Assembly: GCA_050273025.1 (NCBI GenBank)
Contig: CP158635.1
Location: forward strand, 14,756,001-14,820,000
DNA from: Cenococcum geophilum
Taxonomy: Eukaryota
Reading direction: 5' to 3'
DNA: 64,000 nt
Under the pieces are notes generated by a model. That model saw only the letters and a program-made list of their open reading frames with translations, had not been told where the DNA came from and searched no databases. The translations under genes were made by a program, and so were the position numbers. Below, one piece after another: positions 1-13,522 of this stretch (within the stretch, counting starts at the first letter, position 1; every line of letters starts with the position of its first letter).

Positions 1-1299
1 GGTTTAATCTTAATAATAAGCTCTAGTGTAAGTTCCTAGATTTATAAGCTAAGAAGACTATAAAGTTAATTTAATATCCCGTAGTGGAGTTTGCTGTTAA
101 TAATATTAGTAATATTAAGTGGAATACTCTTTTCTTTTAGAACCTTGCCATCCTAAAGGACTAGAAGAAGCTTATTTAGGCTTTTACAGCTTCTTATATA
201 AATAGGGCTTAGTTTAATAATTTTGTGCTTGGCAAAGGATATAGTTTAATTATACTACTACAGTACAAGCTCCGTTTTACTTTAGATTTAGAGAAAACTA
301 ATATAGAGTATTAGTGGTCCTTCTAGAGTTGGAAAGACCTTAACTATAGAAGGACTTTTAGAAGAGCTGTAAAAGCCGCTTTACACGGTATGCCCTACTT
401 ATTTAAACTGCTACTATTTGCCTAACTCTTTTAGTTATCTAGTGGGGACCTAGCTACTAACGTAAAGGAGGTTAAAATTTAGCTTTCTTGCACTTTCTGG
501 CTGGCCAGCTATTAGAATATTATACTTTTATTAAATAAAGCTAACATATTTATAAAGCAACAATTATTGGATTATATGGGCAATAACCTAACTTTAATTT
601 TTCTGCGGAAACTTAAATTTTATAAAGGAATTATAATCCTTACTACTAATTATATAAAAGACTTTAATGACATAATGTGAAGCAGAATATATATAGCTAT
701 AAAATACCCTCCCTTAGGGGCTAATATAAGATGGGGCCTTTAGGCCAGTTTTCTAGTAAAGGCAGTTACTAATAGGGTAAGAATTAGTTATAAAGAGCTT
801 AAGGAATTAGCATAATGGGAGCTTAATGGCTAATAGGTAGGAATACTAAAGTCCTAGCAGAGAATTTTTATGCTAAATTATTTATATTTTGTAGATTAAA
901 AATACTATAAGAGCAGCCCTTGCCTTAGCGTATAAGGAAAAAAATCATTGTCCTATTAGTATTTAGAAATAGTTCTGCAATTAGGTAATAAGTTTAACTG
1001 TAACTATAAGGGTCTAGGCTAAGTTGGTAATTTAAACGCTTACTGCTAAGTGTTTCCCACTTTTTAAGACTTCTAGGCGGCTATGATTTTGGATATAGAT
1101 ATAGTTAGGTAGTTATATATTAAATCCCTAGTTGTGGGCCTAGGTTCTAACAAATATAACTAAATAACTTAAAGTACTTACTGCCCTCTTAAAACCTTAA
1201 TTATGGGTAGCTAGTATGTAAATGGCTTCTATTCCTATACAGGATATAAGCCTATAACAATAAGGCCTATATAGTAGGCTATAATATAGGCAAATTTAG

Positions 1300-1910
1300 A
1301 AATGGGAGAATGGGAGCTATAGGGTATTAGTTCCCGTAGAGAAGTAGAAAATATAGGTATTGGTTCCTGTAAGGAACTAAAAGCTATAAAGGGATGGAGG
1401 ATGCTAGTATCAATTCCCTTAGAGAACTAAAAGCTGTAAGAGAGTAGTTTCTGTAAGGGAGTGGAAGTTATTACTATTAATTCCTATAGAGGAGTAAAAG
1501 CTGTATAGAAATAGAAGCTATAGGGTATAGTTTTTATAGGGTAGTAGAAGATATGTTTACTATATATAGGAACGGAATTTATAGGGGATTTGTTTCCGTA
1601 TAGGAGTAGAAAAGGTAGCTAAAAGTTTTTATAAGGGAGTAAAAATTATATAGGAATGTAAGCTGTAGGGGATTAGTTCCTATAGGGTGGTAAAATATAT
1701 AGGCGTTGGCGCCTAAAGGGGATTTGTTAGAGTAAGGGATTTATTAGGGTAGGGGATTTATTAGAGTAGGGGATTTATTAGCGTAGGGAATTTATTAGTA
1801 TAGGGGATTTATTAGAGTAGGGGACTGGTTCCTATAGGGCGGTAAAATATATAAGCATTGGCTTCTATAGGGGATTTATTTAAGTAGGGGATTAGTTAGA
1901 GGAAGGAATT
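1300..1910 (-). repeat. Degenerate tandem repeats (about 33-bp and 18-bp units), probably once coding Pro/Thr-rich repeats
   Basis: GGGATTTATTAGAGTAG-like 18-mers at about 1718-1900 and GGGTATTAGTTCCCGTAG-like units at 1320-1700. Unit lengths appear to be multiples of 3, and the minus strand de-RIPs to PTPTNP-like peptides. Confidence 0.65.
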
Positions 1911-2339
1911 AATTCTCCTATGGCCTCTATTTAGGCGGCAAAAGGCGGCTTCTAATAGGCTAGGGAGTAGATTATATGTTTTATAGAAATATAAAGCCTA
2001 TATAAAATAGTGGGGTATAAGGACCTAATAATTGGGCGGAAGATTAGGTTATCTGCTTTCCTGGGTTTATTTAGCCTACCCTATACTATTTTATATGCGT
2101 TTTAACCAAGGCTATTACCTGGCCTTAGCCGCCTAAATCTTTATAAACCTTTAACTTATATAGTAGAAGAGTATAGGGTAATAAAATATAATTCTATTTA
2201 CTCTACTAGTACCTTTAAATCCTTCTATACTTGCTAGAGAATCTCTTTTATCTAGGAATAAAGCCCCTATTTTCCTTCTCCCATCTCCCATCTATTAAAA
2301 AAACTACCTTTTATAGCTTATTAACCTATAGGACTAATA

Positions 2340-2575
2340 GCTGTCTACAGAGCTAATATTAGGTTAAGCAAAATATTTTTTAAATCTATGGGCGTTAGAT
2401 GGAGCTTATATTAGGTAAATTAATAGTTACCTTTATTACTTATTTAATATAACACATCTAGTAAGTTAGAGATACCTAAATCCTTATAAGTTAAGTTAAA
2501 TAAATCGCGAAAACCGTTTAGTCCCTCTTTAATAGGTTTTATTTTAATTATCTTTAATCTGGAGAGATTTGCTAT
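2340..2575 (-). pseudogene. RIPped gene 5' part resembling the N-terminus of fungal FunK1/Sgk2-like kinase-family proteins
   Basis: Minus strand reads IANLSRLKIIKIKPIKEGLNGFRDLFNLTYKDLGIS, which de-RIPs to about MADLSRSEII..KPIGEGLDGFRDSFNSTC. A GTAAC...TAG intron and (D)LKNILLNLILAL*T follow. Family resemblance is from memory; no kinase core was recognised downstream. Confidence 0.4.
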
Positions 2576-2799
2576 TAGGGGTGAATGCGCTAAGAGCTAT
2601 ATTAGGAGAGCTAAGTAGGTAAATAAGGAGGGGATATTAAAGAGGCTAGGATATAATGGATAGTATAGTAGTAGAGAAGTAAATAAGTGCAGAAGGTTAA
2701 GTATATGTTAGGCGTGTTTTGCAATAAGGAAATAACTAGGGAGAAAAGTATAAGGAAGGAAGTAAGGTGTAAGCAAATATAAGGAGAATTAAAGGTTGG

Positions 2800-3062
2800 G
2801 CGTAAAAAAGTTAAGCTAATCTAATATAGCTAAGACTAAGGCTTTATAGGGCTTAGTTAAATACTAAGCTATAATAACCTAAAATGCGACGTTTTCCGGT
2901 CTAGAGCTAATTATACTTATCCATTTTAGTTTATTCCGTAACGCGTAAGGCTTTAATATAGTAGGGCTCTTATATAGTAAGGCTGAAGAGCACTAGGCAA
3001 GGCGCAGGTGGAGAGAGTAGGTTAATTGTAAAGTTAATCCTGTAAGCGCCTATAAACAATTT
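2800..3062 (+). repeat. Dispersed repeat, copy 1 (copy 2 at about 30108-30400)
   Basis: Shared blocks AGACTAAGGCTTTATAGGGCTTAGTTAAAT, CTAATTATACTTAT..TTTTAGTTTATTCCG and GCGCCTATAAACAATT occur in the same order and orientation. Confidence 0.85.
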
Positions 3063-3749
3063 ATATAGCTAGTTCTAAAAACAAGCTAAAGCTTTCCTAT
3101 ATATAAATTAGAAGTTTAAGCCTTATTATTTAGGCAGTTTATATATATACTTTTAATATAATAATGCCTAATATCTCTAAGGCCACAAGTATACCACAGC
3201 TAAGAATCTAAAGTTTCTTCCTTTGTACCTTTACTTAGGTCTACTAGTTAACCAGTTACATTTTCTATTAGCTGTATTGCCGTGTATATATAGCTCTAAG
3301 CCGCTATAGATTGCATAACCTCTCTAACTCCTTTAATAGTGGCAGGTTCTTACTTTTAGAAAGACGGAAGTGTGCGGAATTATTACCAGTATTAGTGGCG
3401 TCAAAATTGCAGCAGAGTCCAGCTATTAGAGCCTCTAGAGACATCTTATAGCCTTCCTAACAGCATTAAAAAGCTTTTAGTAGGCCCTAATATAAAGAAC
3501 GCATAAGCGTCGCAAATGTTAAGAAATTTAGAGAAAGACTATCTTAAGAAATGTTAAGTATAGTGTATATATACGGATAATAAGATTAGGTTAAGAATAG
3601 AACGGTAGTTAACATAGTACTAAAATTTTTTGGTATTAACAGTGCTAGTATTCCACCCTAGGCAAATAGCCCCTATAGCTATATTAAGAAAATATATACT
3701 AGTAGTAGCCACTAATAGATAGCCTAGACTAGTTTAATAAATAACTATA

Positions 3750-4357
3750 TATTAACCTATAGTGTAATAGAAAAATTAATTTACTAAGCTACTATTTTAT
3801 TTTGCTTAACTAATAAACCTTACTTTTTAATTCTTTAAGGATGGCAGACTAAGTATCTTTAATAAGCTCTTTATATTTCTTAAGGCATTCTTTAGTAAAT
3901 ATAATATTGCCTATAGACCTGTACTAGTGTTAGCTCTAGTCTATATAAGTACGCCTTTAACATATAATATAATATCTATTATCTTTATTACGATAATAGA
4001 TATATATATTTTTAAAGTATATATAAAGCCAATGATATCCTAGCCTATATACTTAAATATAGCCCAGTTATAAGCACCTAATTAAGCCGCCTAACTAATC
4101 TGTTTATTAAACTCTTTATAATACTTGCTATAACTTTATAGAGGGAGCTCTAGTGCTATAAATTTGGCATTTATTATAGTTAATATCTGGGTAAGCTTTT
4201 CCAATACTATATTAAAGGCTTTAAGCAGTTCTATAAGTTTAGGTATAGGGCTTTAGCTTAGAAGGCCTCTGGCTATAAGGTGCAGTAATTAACTTAACTA
4301 AAGAGTAGATGTTACTAGGTCTGCTAGATTAAAAGTATTTTTTATTAAACCTATTAT
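3750..4357 (-). pseudogene. RIPped gene with HeLo-like (fungal STAND N-terminal, Helo_like_N-type) domain
   Basis: Minus strand reads LELPL*SYSKYYKEFNKQI...YNWAIFKYIG*DIIGFIYTLKIY, de-RIP about LELPLQSCGKCCEEF...RDWAVFKYMGQDIIGF, resembling the DWAKLKYMGDDIDGF motif. A GTAC..CTAAC..AG intron and TKECLKKYKELIKDT follow. 3' end approximate. Confidence 0.55.
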
Positions 4358-5745
4358 TTTATTGCTTGTTATATATTAAAATAGGGTATAACTTGCTAGA
4401 TTTACTGTATTAAGCTAAATATATAAAGCACGCTTTTATTTTTGGTTATTATATTATTTGGGCCAGACTGCTATAAGAATAAGTTATACTAGATATAGAG
4501 ATGGCAAATATAGGAGCTGCAAGAATAGCTAGCGGGGTTAAGCGAGGTTATAGTATAAATCTATGCCTGTTAAGAGCAAATAGGAATATATATATATAGC
4601 GTAAACAACATTCTATAGGCTAGATAATTAAAAGATAGAGCCATTCTAAGAATGCTATGGCTGCAGTATAAATGGACCTTCTATATACTACCAAGTTATA
4701 ATAATAAATTAAGCAGCTTTAAGAAGTGATGCCAAAATATAAAGTAGTAGAAGAGTTTATAAAGGCGTAGGTTATATAATTATATTTTTTTTAGGTATAG
4801 CTATAATAAAAACTTATTTAGTAAATATAAAGTAAAAAATATATTATAATCACTTATATGCCACACAAATAATTAAGAGCTCCTTTTATAGCCTATCCTA
4901 AGTTAGCCTAATTAGAAAGCCTACTAGGTGCTACTCTATTATAGCTTAAGGCTAGTATATGCTAAGGGTCTTACTACTCTTTATTATAAAAGGGTTTAAA
5001 GGTTATAAATTATACTAACTTAAAACTTAAATTAGTACTCTTTACTAATATAATACCTTAATAACAGTAAGGCGCAAGCTTAGGCATATAATTGCCATTA
5101 CCTAAGTAATCTAGTTAGCTATTCCCTTGATTTTAGTTATAAAATGCCTTTTATTATTCTTTAAAAAGATTAGAGGACGTTAGTATTACAAAGCGATATT
5201 ATTCTTTTAACTTAGACAAATTGCTAGATAAACTAGCGTGGTTTAAACAGGCGTGTTTAAATAAGAGGATCCTTATATAAAACTATTATATAGTAGAGCA
5301 TTATATAACTAAGCGCCCCTTATAGCTGAGTGTTTCCCTTTATTAATAGTTCTTTTAATCCACTTACGGGTTTCTTAAAACCGCACAGCATATTAAAACC
5401 ATTGTCCTACGTTGTTTAAGTAGTACGTCTTAGCTTGATTAGCTGTAATCTAGATTAACACTTTAAGATGCTTTAAGAATAACAAGGAAAGGAAGGTCGT
5501 AAGCTGTAATGCTACGTTTTGATAGTTAAAGGAATGTCAAATGCTGTTATACTGAGTTTGGACTTTCTCTATAACCTTAGGGCTAGTATTATAAATAGGA
5601 TTGTGGCAGTCTTAATAAGGGTTGTCTAGGCTAGTAATAAAACGCCTAAGACTAACGGCTGACAGTAGGAGGAAAAACTGTAAAAGTAGGATGCTTTAAG
5701 GCATTGTATAATAAATTCACTATTGCTAAAGTAAGAGAGGTCTAT

Positions 5746-6164
5746 TGTAACGGAACCTTATAGCAGTAACTATGGTAGATTTGTTAATAGGCTAGGCGTG
5801 TAGATAACAACAGGTTAATAACATAATAATAACTGGTAAAGTGGTTGCCTAATAGATTAACTCCAATTATATTCTAAGATTTACTATAAAGAGAGAACTC
5901 TCTAGGTAGGGACTGTGGTCCTTTAAATATACATCTATACTCCTAAAAAACCCTCTCTTATATATAAGGTATATATACTCTATCTACTCTATTATAGATT
6001 ATATAAATTATACAGATTATATAGATTATATTATATAACTTGGTTACTATTCCTTATTATATAGTTCTACTAGCTCCATTCTAGACCATGCCTATATTAA
6101 CTAACTAGCTTCTTTTAACTCCTTTCTAAGTAGTTATAATATTGTACTTAAAGCATCTATAACA
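5746..6164 (-). repeat. 3' LTR of Gypsy A1
   Basis: Direct repeat of 13104-13522, adjacent to the PPT. Confidence 0.96.
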
Positions 6165-9100
6165 CCATCTCCCTCCTCTTTATCTTCGTCCTTAAAGATT
6201 CCTAATATCTCTAAGTCGTTTACTAGAGGTGTAATGTCTGTCTAATTAACTTGGTTAATATCCTTGCTTATTATACCTAAAGCTTCTTCCTCCTCTTCTA
6301 CCGCTTAATGTGCTCGTACTATGGCTGCTATACTGTTGCTAGGTAAGATTATACCATCTCTATATTCTCGTTATGCAAAAGAGGGGTTAGTCTATATTGC
6401 ATTAGCGAGTCCTTTATCTCGGCAACCCTCTTCCTATTTAAAGTGCACTAAAGTAAACATTTAATTATCCTATAATATTTGCTCTATTTCTAACGCTAAG
6501 TATATATATTCCATTACTCTTAATAGTCTTTAAGTTCCCTAAGTAATTTATTGTAGGGTTTTATATTTAATCTACTGCTGTAAAGCTTAACAATAAGCTG
6601 TTAGTTACTCTAGCAGAGCTCTAGCGTTCTTATAACGCTAAGTAAGAGGCTACTAATACTTAGCAATAGGCTTTTAAGTCTTTTCTGGCTACTTCTGCTT
6701 AGTTAGTCTATCTTAAGAAGGTTTATAAAAAGGTTTATTTTAAGAAGTGGAAACTTATAGAATAAGGTTTATAGGAACTTAGTAATAAAAGAATGGATTC
6801 TCTTCCAATAGAGAGGGAAACAACTCTAAATACCTTAGGAGCTACTCCTCTTAGGTCCCCCTTAGGTAACTCATTCTTTAGTAATCCTTCTTTATTAATA
6901 CTACCTAACCCGTTTTCTTCTAATACTCCTATACCTTTCTTATAGCGTTCTTTAGGGTTTTAAGTAGTTCCTAAGTAATCTCACTGTAGCCTATCTATTA
7001 AACTTTATACTATATTTTATTGTTAACGTCCTTATAACTAACAATCTTCAAAACTTGCTATTTATCTTCCTCTTATCCTCTATATGTCTGCCTTATAAAC
7101 TAGTGGCTTAACATTCCTATATACTGGCTCTAGTATTATAATATGCTATATAGGGTAAATCCTTATTTTAGCTAGTAAATTTAACTTAAATGTGACTAAT
7201 GAAATCCTCTGCTTAATTTTAAAAGGTCTTAGTCTAATATAGTCCAACTTCTTACTTAGTTATTAACTCTTGAAATTTTTATGTAGTAGCTACACTTTAT
7301 CTCCCTCCTTAAGATCTGGTCCCTTAGATCTCTTAGCATTATAGTACCTTTTTATTTATTTTTATACTAGTTTAGCTGTTTCCTTAAGGTCTGCATAAAG
7401 ATTTATTAAAGTCTCCATTCTTTACTTAGCTGTACTACTTATCTTCTTTGCTTAATATGGCGATAATAATGTTCTTAGCTTATATCTATAATTTGCCTTA
7501 AATAGTAATGTTCCTATTCCTTCCTATAGTGTTGTATTATATATAAACTATATAACTGGTAATAACAATACCTAATTATTTTGTGTATAATTAATATAAT
7601 GCCTTAGATACTATTCTAGTGTCTAGTTTAACCTTTCTATTTATCTGTCCATTTGCGGATAATATACTATTAACATTACTGCTTAAACCCCTTGTTTGGC
7701 TAAGAATACCTCCTAAAATGCTGCTATAAATCTTAGATCTCTATCTAATATAACTTTATCTAGTGCTCTATGTCTTATAAATACTTCCTTAATATAGATT
7801 CTAGCTATATCTTCTACAGATATTTCTTTTATATATGCTATAAAGTATCCCCACTTTATTAGCTTATCTACTATTACTAAGATCGCATTATAATCTTGTC
7901 CTATAATAGGATCTCTTAACTTTAGCAACTTTATAATAAAGTTCTATAATATAACCTCCTATAGTCTCTCTAGTATTTTAATAGGTTATAGCCCTCTATA
8001 CAGCTTATACCTTATTAGTTTATTTCTCTAGCAATCTAAACATTCTCTAATAACTTGTCTCGCTAGTCCCCAGATTCCTTAAATAATATACTCCTCTTAA
8101 AGTCTTAATACTAAGCCCATAGCTCTATTATGTCCTTGGGTTATTCCCTTATAAAACTCTTTTATAAACTCCTTTGCAATTATCTTTAGAATATAAGTAA
8201 CTTTCCAGTTTTTATATTGCTCTAAGTCTAGATTCTCTACCTATACTTCTTAGATCTTCTATATCCAATTACTCTCTAGTAATTTATAGATCTAGCTAAT
8301 TTCTCTTATTGCTGCTATTTTGGGATAATTATACCTAATTAATCTGTCCTTGTCTCTCCGTAATATAGCCCCTAATAGTTTCTTATTATTTTATAGTTTA
8401 GCCTTTCTACTTAGAGCATCTGCTTATACATTATCTGTATCCTTAGTATGCTAAATCTTAAAATAGTATTTTATAAGCATTTCCGCCTATCTAACCTGTC
8501 TTTAATTAAGTTCCTTTATTGTTAGGAATCCTATAAGGTTCTTATAGTCCGTTTTAACCACAAATGGTTTCTCTATGCCTTGCAAGAATGCTCTCCATTT
8601 CTTAAGTACTGTAATTATACCTAATAACTCCTTATTATAGATGTTATAGTTTAACTCTAGTAGTATTATCTTCCAACTATAGTATGCTATTAGATGCTAT
8701 ATGTCCTAGTGCTTTTATAGTAAACATGCTCCTAGTGCAAAGTTTAATATATCTATCTTAATAACCGTCTCTAACTTTAGTTAGTAGATCTTAAGGATTG
8801 GCTCCTAGGTAAATAACTCCTTAAGTTCTTTAAACAACTTCTTTTACTTACTGCCCTATACCTACAGTTTCTGTTTCTTTATTAATTAAGTAAATAGCTT
8901 AATATTCTTTAACTACTGTGCTATAAACCTCCTATAGTAATTATAAAACCCTAAAAACGATCTTAACTGCTTAATATTCTTTAGTTCTTACTAACTAACT
9001 ATAGCTTCTATCTTCTTTAGATCTATACTAATTTTTCCTAGTTTAATAATAAATCCTATAAAATTAGTCTTTCTTATAATGAACTCGCATTTCTTAATTA

Positions 9101-12100
9101 CTACTGGCATTTATTCTTCTTATAGTCTCTTTAAGACCCATTTAACGTGTTCTCTATGTTCTTCCTTACTTATTAAGTAGATAATAATATTGTTAAGGTA
9201 TACCATAATAAACTTATTAAGGTGTTCTCCTAATACACTATTAATTCGCTTCTAGAATGTTGCCGGTATATTTATAAGCCCAAATTATATAACTAATGGC
9301 TTATATAGTCCTTCCTTTAACCTAAAGGCTGCCTTTTATTTATTGCCTTCCTTAATTCTAATCTAATAGTACGCCCATCTTAGATCTATCTTTGTGAAGA
9401 TTTATATATTACCTATTCTATTTTAGATTTCGCTAATTAAGGGTAAAGGATATCTATCCTTCCTAGTAATGCTATTTAACTATTAGTAGTCTATATACAT
9501 CCTAAGTTTTCTATTTTTCTTTAGGATAAATAATACTAGATATCCTTCTAATAACTGCGATAGTCTAATATATCCCTTTTATAAGTTCTCCTAGATAAAC
9601 TCCTTAAGTGCCACTAACTTAGTTTTAGTGAGCTTATAGATTGGAAAAAACCTTAGACTTATTCCTAGTTCTAATTCTATTTTATAGTTCTATACTATAT
9701 ATTCTAATAGCTTTTCGCTTTCTAGTGACTATAGCTTTTTACTATACTTATGGTATCTCTTTGGTATATAACTTAAGCCTCACTTAGTCTCTTTGTATAT
9801 TGCTCTAACTTAGTACTATACTAACTTGGTTTACTATTGCATTCTATATTATTAAGTATCCTTAATATTAACCTAACCTATAACCCAATTAATCTTTAGA
9901 TTATATTTCTATAACTAAAGCATTCCTAAAATCGCCTTATCTTTTCTCAATGGTAAGATATTAAAAGACATTTTAACTTATCTCCCTTTAATGGTTAACT
10001 AAATTAGTCCTATTTTAAAATTAATAATGCCTCCTCTATAGGCTATCTAATCTCCTAAAATTGTTATAAGTGGATATAGGTGTTCCTTTTATCTGTATAG
10101 TAACCCTATCCTTTTTACTACTACTAGTAATATATAGTTCCTTATTGCTCTACTATCTATTAGTACTTTAAACTGTTAATCTTGCTAATTGACTTATAAA
10201 TTTAGGTGTTGTCCTTAAATTCCTTTAAGGGTCTAAGGCTTTACTACTGGTTCCCTCTAGTTTTATAGGCCTCCCCTTTTCCTAACTATTAACTTAGCTT
10301 ATACTATACTTAGTCCGCCTTTAGCTAATACTTAGTTCGCTTCTTTTCCTCTATATGCTATAGATAAGTGTTCTCTAGGCAGTCCCACCACTATTATCTA
10401 TCTAGGCATTCTTCCGTACGGAATCTTCCTAGTTAAAGTATTAAGTCGCCTAACTCCTAAACTTCTACTAGGTGCCATTTATATATATACTTAGCGTCCC
10501 TAAACTGTCTTTCTTCTAGTGCCTAATATATCTTTACTAAGTATTTCTGGTTCTTTTCTTTTAGTGCTTTATGTATTCCGCATATATTATCCATATAAGC
10601 TATCTACAATAGTATATAATACGCTAGGTAACTTAGGTCAACTCTTAACTTATTTTTATCTTTAAGTTTAAACCTCTATCTAGCTAATTTGCTTATTAGT
10701 CTTTCTTTTATAGGTACTAAGATTTATTAATTACTTCTCTAGTCCCTAGATCCCTCTTTTAAGTTCCTTAACATTATAATTAACGCTCCTTTAATATAAC
10801 TTATGCGTTTCTCCGTAATGGGTTAGTCTTAAACAACTTTTTTATCTAGCCATATATAAAAGTCTTCCCATTTATCATTGTGTCGTTACCTATACCATTT
10901 TCCGTATAACTAGTTTAGTATATATAGTCTGTCTATAAGAAAGTACCTTATTACTACTACGTTATAACAACCTTTAGTATATATTTCTTTAAATCTAGTT
11001 AGGATTCCTAGATCCTCTTCTTATTCCAGTTCGTCTAACTATTTCACTCTTAGCGTGCCTATCTTAGGCCTATTAGTTACTCTTTATATAGGTGCTCTGT
11101 CCCTTATATAACCTGGTATACTAGATCTCTAGTCTAGTTTTTGCTCTTACTATGCAATGATTCTTACTCTAAATTTATCCATAGTTTCTTATTTTCTATA
11201 TCTTGCAGCTAGATCTATAAAGTCACCTTGCTTCTTAATTACAGTATTAACTTTTTAATCTTTAGGCTAAACACTGTGTTTACCTAGAATTGACGTTCTT
11301 ATTTATTCTCTAAACCCATAGTTCTTAAACTTACGTCCTGTACTTATTTATTTTTCACTAAACTAAGTCGCTGCCCTTTCCCATTAGTTTTCTTCTATTG
11401 TGGGTTCCTAGGCTGTTTTTATCGCATTTGGCAAGTCTAGAGCCTTCCTTATCTCTTCTTAAGAATCTTAGACCTATGGCTTTTTACCTTTATTAAGTAG
11501 TGAGCTAGCACTAGCAGTTATCTGCTTGCTTAATCTTTTATTAATATTACTCCTTCCATCTTATAAAGCGATGGATGCCGTATTCTATAGTATTATAATA
11601 CCTATTACCAAACTAGCCTCTGTAATAGTTTTAGTCTCTACTTCTATTATATACTTAAGGCTTACGCGTTCCTAGTTAACCGCCTTTTCTTCCTTATTGC
11701 TATTAATTAATAAGTACTCCAACTCTATTATTATTATTACTAATCTTTATCTATATATTACTGTAATATCTTAATCTAGCTTATAGAGTTAATCTTATTC
11801 TTTATCTAGCTCTTTAGTTCCTTTAAGTCCTCTTAACTCTGGCTCTTATAGCCAATAGCTTACGCTATACTTAGCATCCTTATAAATTTAGCATGCGTTA
11901 TTATAACAAAACGCAAAATACCTAACTAAATACTCCTTAGTCCCACGCAATACACTTATATCCGTGTTATTATACTCTAATAACCTAGTTCCTTTTACCA
12001 TATAGTTATTCTAACTACCTCTACAGTCTTTAGCAAAATAACCCTATTTTCTACAATTTATATAAGCTCTATTTTTAAACTATATAGCTTGCTATAGAGT

Positions 12101-13103
12101 CCGCCTAAACATCTTCTGCTATTAAGATCCCTAGTTTAGCCTCTACTCTTTAGTCCTATAATTACTTAATCCTTAACCTCTAGGTTTCTATAGTTTCTTA
12201 CTCTATTTTTTAGATTCTTTGGTACCGCTTAAGTCCATTAGCTCTACGCCATACTATAGTTTTTAACTCTATATTTGCCGTTATGTACTTTATACCTTAT
12301 ACAACTATAGAACTCTATCCTAACCTTTCTTAGTCTGCTCCCTTTAGTAGATCCTATTATTAATCTTAATTGCCTAATTAATTAATTCCCTTAGGGTGTC
12401 CGCATCTTCTATTAGAATAATTACGTCCTAGACTTTAGCCTTAAGTCCCTATTTATACTATGCTATAAGCGCCCTATTATTCTATTTAACCTATATAGTA
12501 AGCATCTAAAACTATATTATATACTTAATTACTAAAGTTCTTTATACTAGGTTCTAAAGCTTTTATTCCACTATAGTAGTTGCTTTAGGGTCTCTAAATA
12601 TTTGCGTTAACCGTTCTATAAATCCGTTCCAGCTAGTAAACACATACTATATATCTTAGTTAGTAGTCGTTATACCGTTTATCTATATTTTGGTAAGGTA
12701 AGATTTAAACCACTTAAGCGCCCTTCCTATTAAGAATAGTCCTACGTATACTACTTAATCTACAGATATTACTAGCTTTGCTCCTTCCTGTATTACCTTA
12801 AAGTATATCTATATAAGAAATCCTTTAAGCTTTAACTTCTCCCCTAAGAATTATTTAATTAAAGGTAACTTAACCTTTACTACTCCAATTCCATTAATAC
12901 ATTCTTTAAGTATCCTATTCTTGTCTAATAAGCGATTAACCATTTCTTATAACTAACCACTTATAATTAACTGTAAGTCCATATCTGCTATACTGGTATC
13001 TCCTCCTAAGCCTAAGATCGTAGCTGCTGTTAATAGCGTTATAACTAGTGCTTTAGGTAGCATGTTATTCAACTTTATTAATACTATAACTAGGTAGTAA
13101 ATG

Positions 13104-13522
13104 TATAACAGAACCTTGTAGCAGTAACTATAGTAGATTTATTAATAGGCTAGGCGTGTAGATAATAATAGGCTAACAACATAATAATAACTGGTGGAGT
13201 GGTTGCCTAATAAATTAACTCTAATAATATTCTAAGATTTACTATAAAGAGAGAACTATCTAGGTAGGGACTATGGTCCTTTAAATACACATCCATACTC
13301 CTAAGAAACCCTCTCTTATACGTAAGGTATATATACTTTATCTACTCTGTTATAGATTATATAGATTATATAGATTACACAGATTATATTATGTAACTTA
13401 GTTACTATTCCTAATTATATAGTTCTACCGGCTCTATTCTGGACCGTGCCTATATTAACTAACTAGCTTTTTCCAACTCCTCTCTAAGTAGTTATAATAT
13501 TGTACTTAAAGCGTCCGTAACA
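13104..13522 (-). repeat. 5' LTR of Gypsy A1
   Basis: Direct repeat of 5746-6164, followed by TSD TCTAT. Confidence 0.96.

Larger units (their letters stand above)
5746..13522 (-). mobile_element. Full-length RIPped Ty3/Gypsy chromovirus (family A, copy 1)
   Basis: 419-bp LTRs at 5746-6164 and 13104-13522 (TGTAAC...GTAACA); TSD TCTAT at 5741-5745 and 13523-13527; minus-strand PPT at 6165-6180. Gag ATG at 13063, CCHC knuckle about 12020-12065, protease LIDS(G)A about 10150, RT YL(DD) about 9190-9200, RNase H, integrase (includes ORF 7713-7928) and chromodomain about 6915-7080. Confidence 0.97.

Noticed and set aside
7713..7928. 71-aa ORF as a functional CDS
   Set aside because: A stop-free remnant of the RIPped Gypsy integrase.
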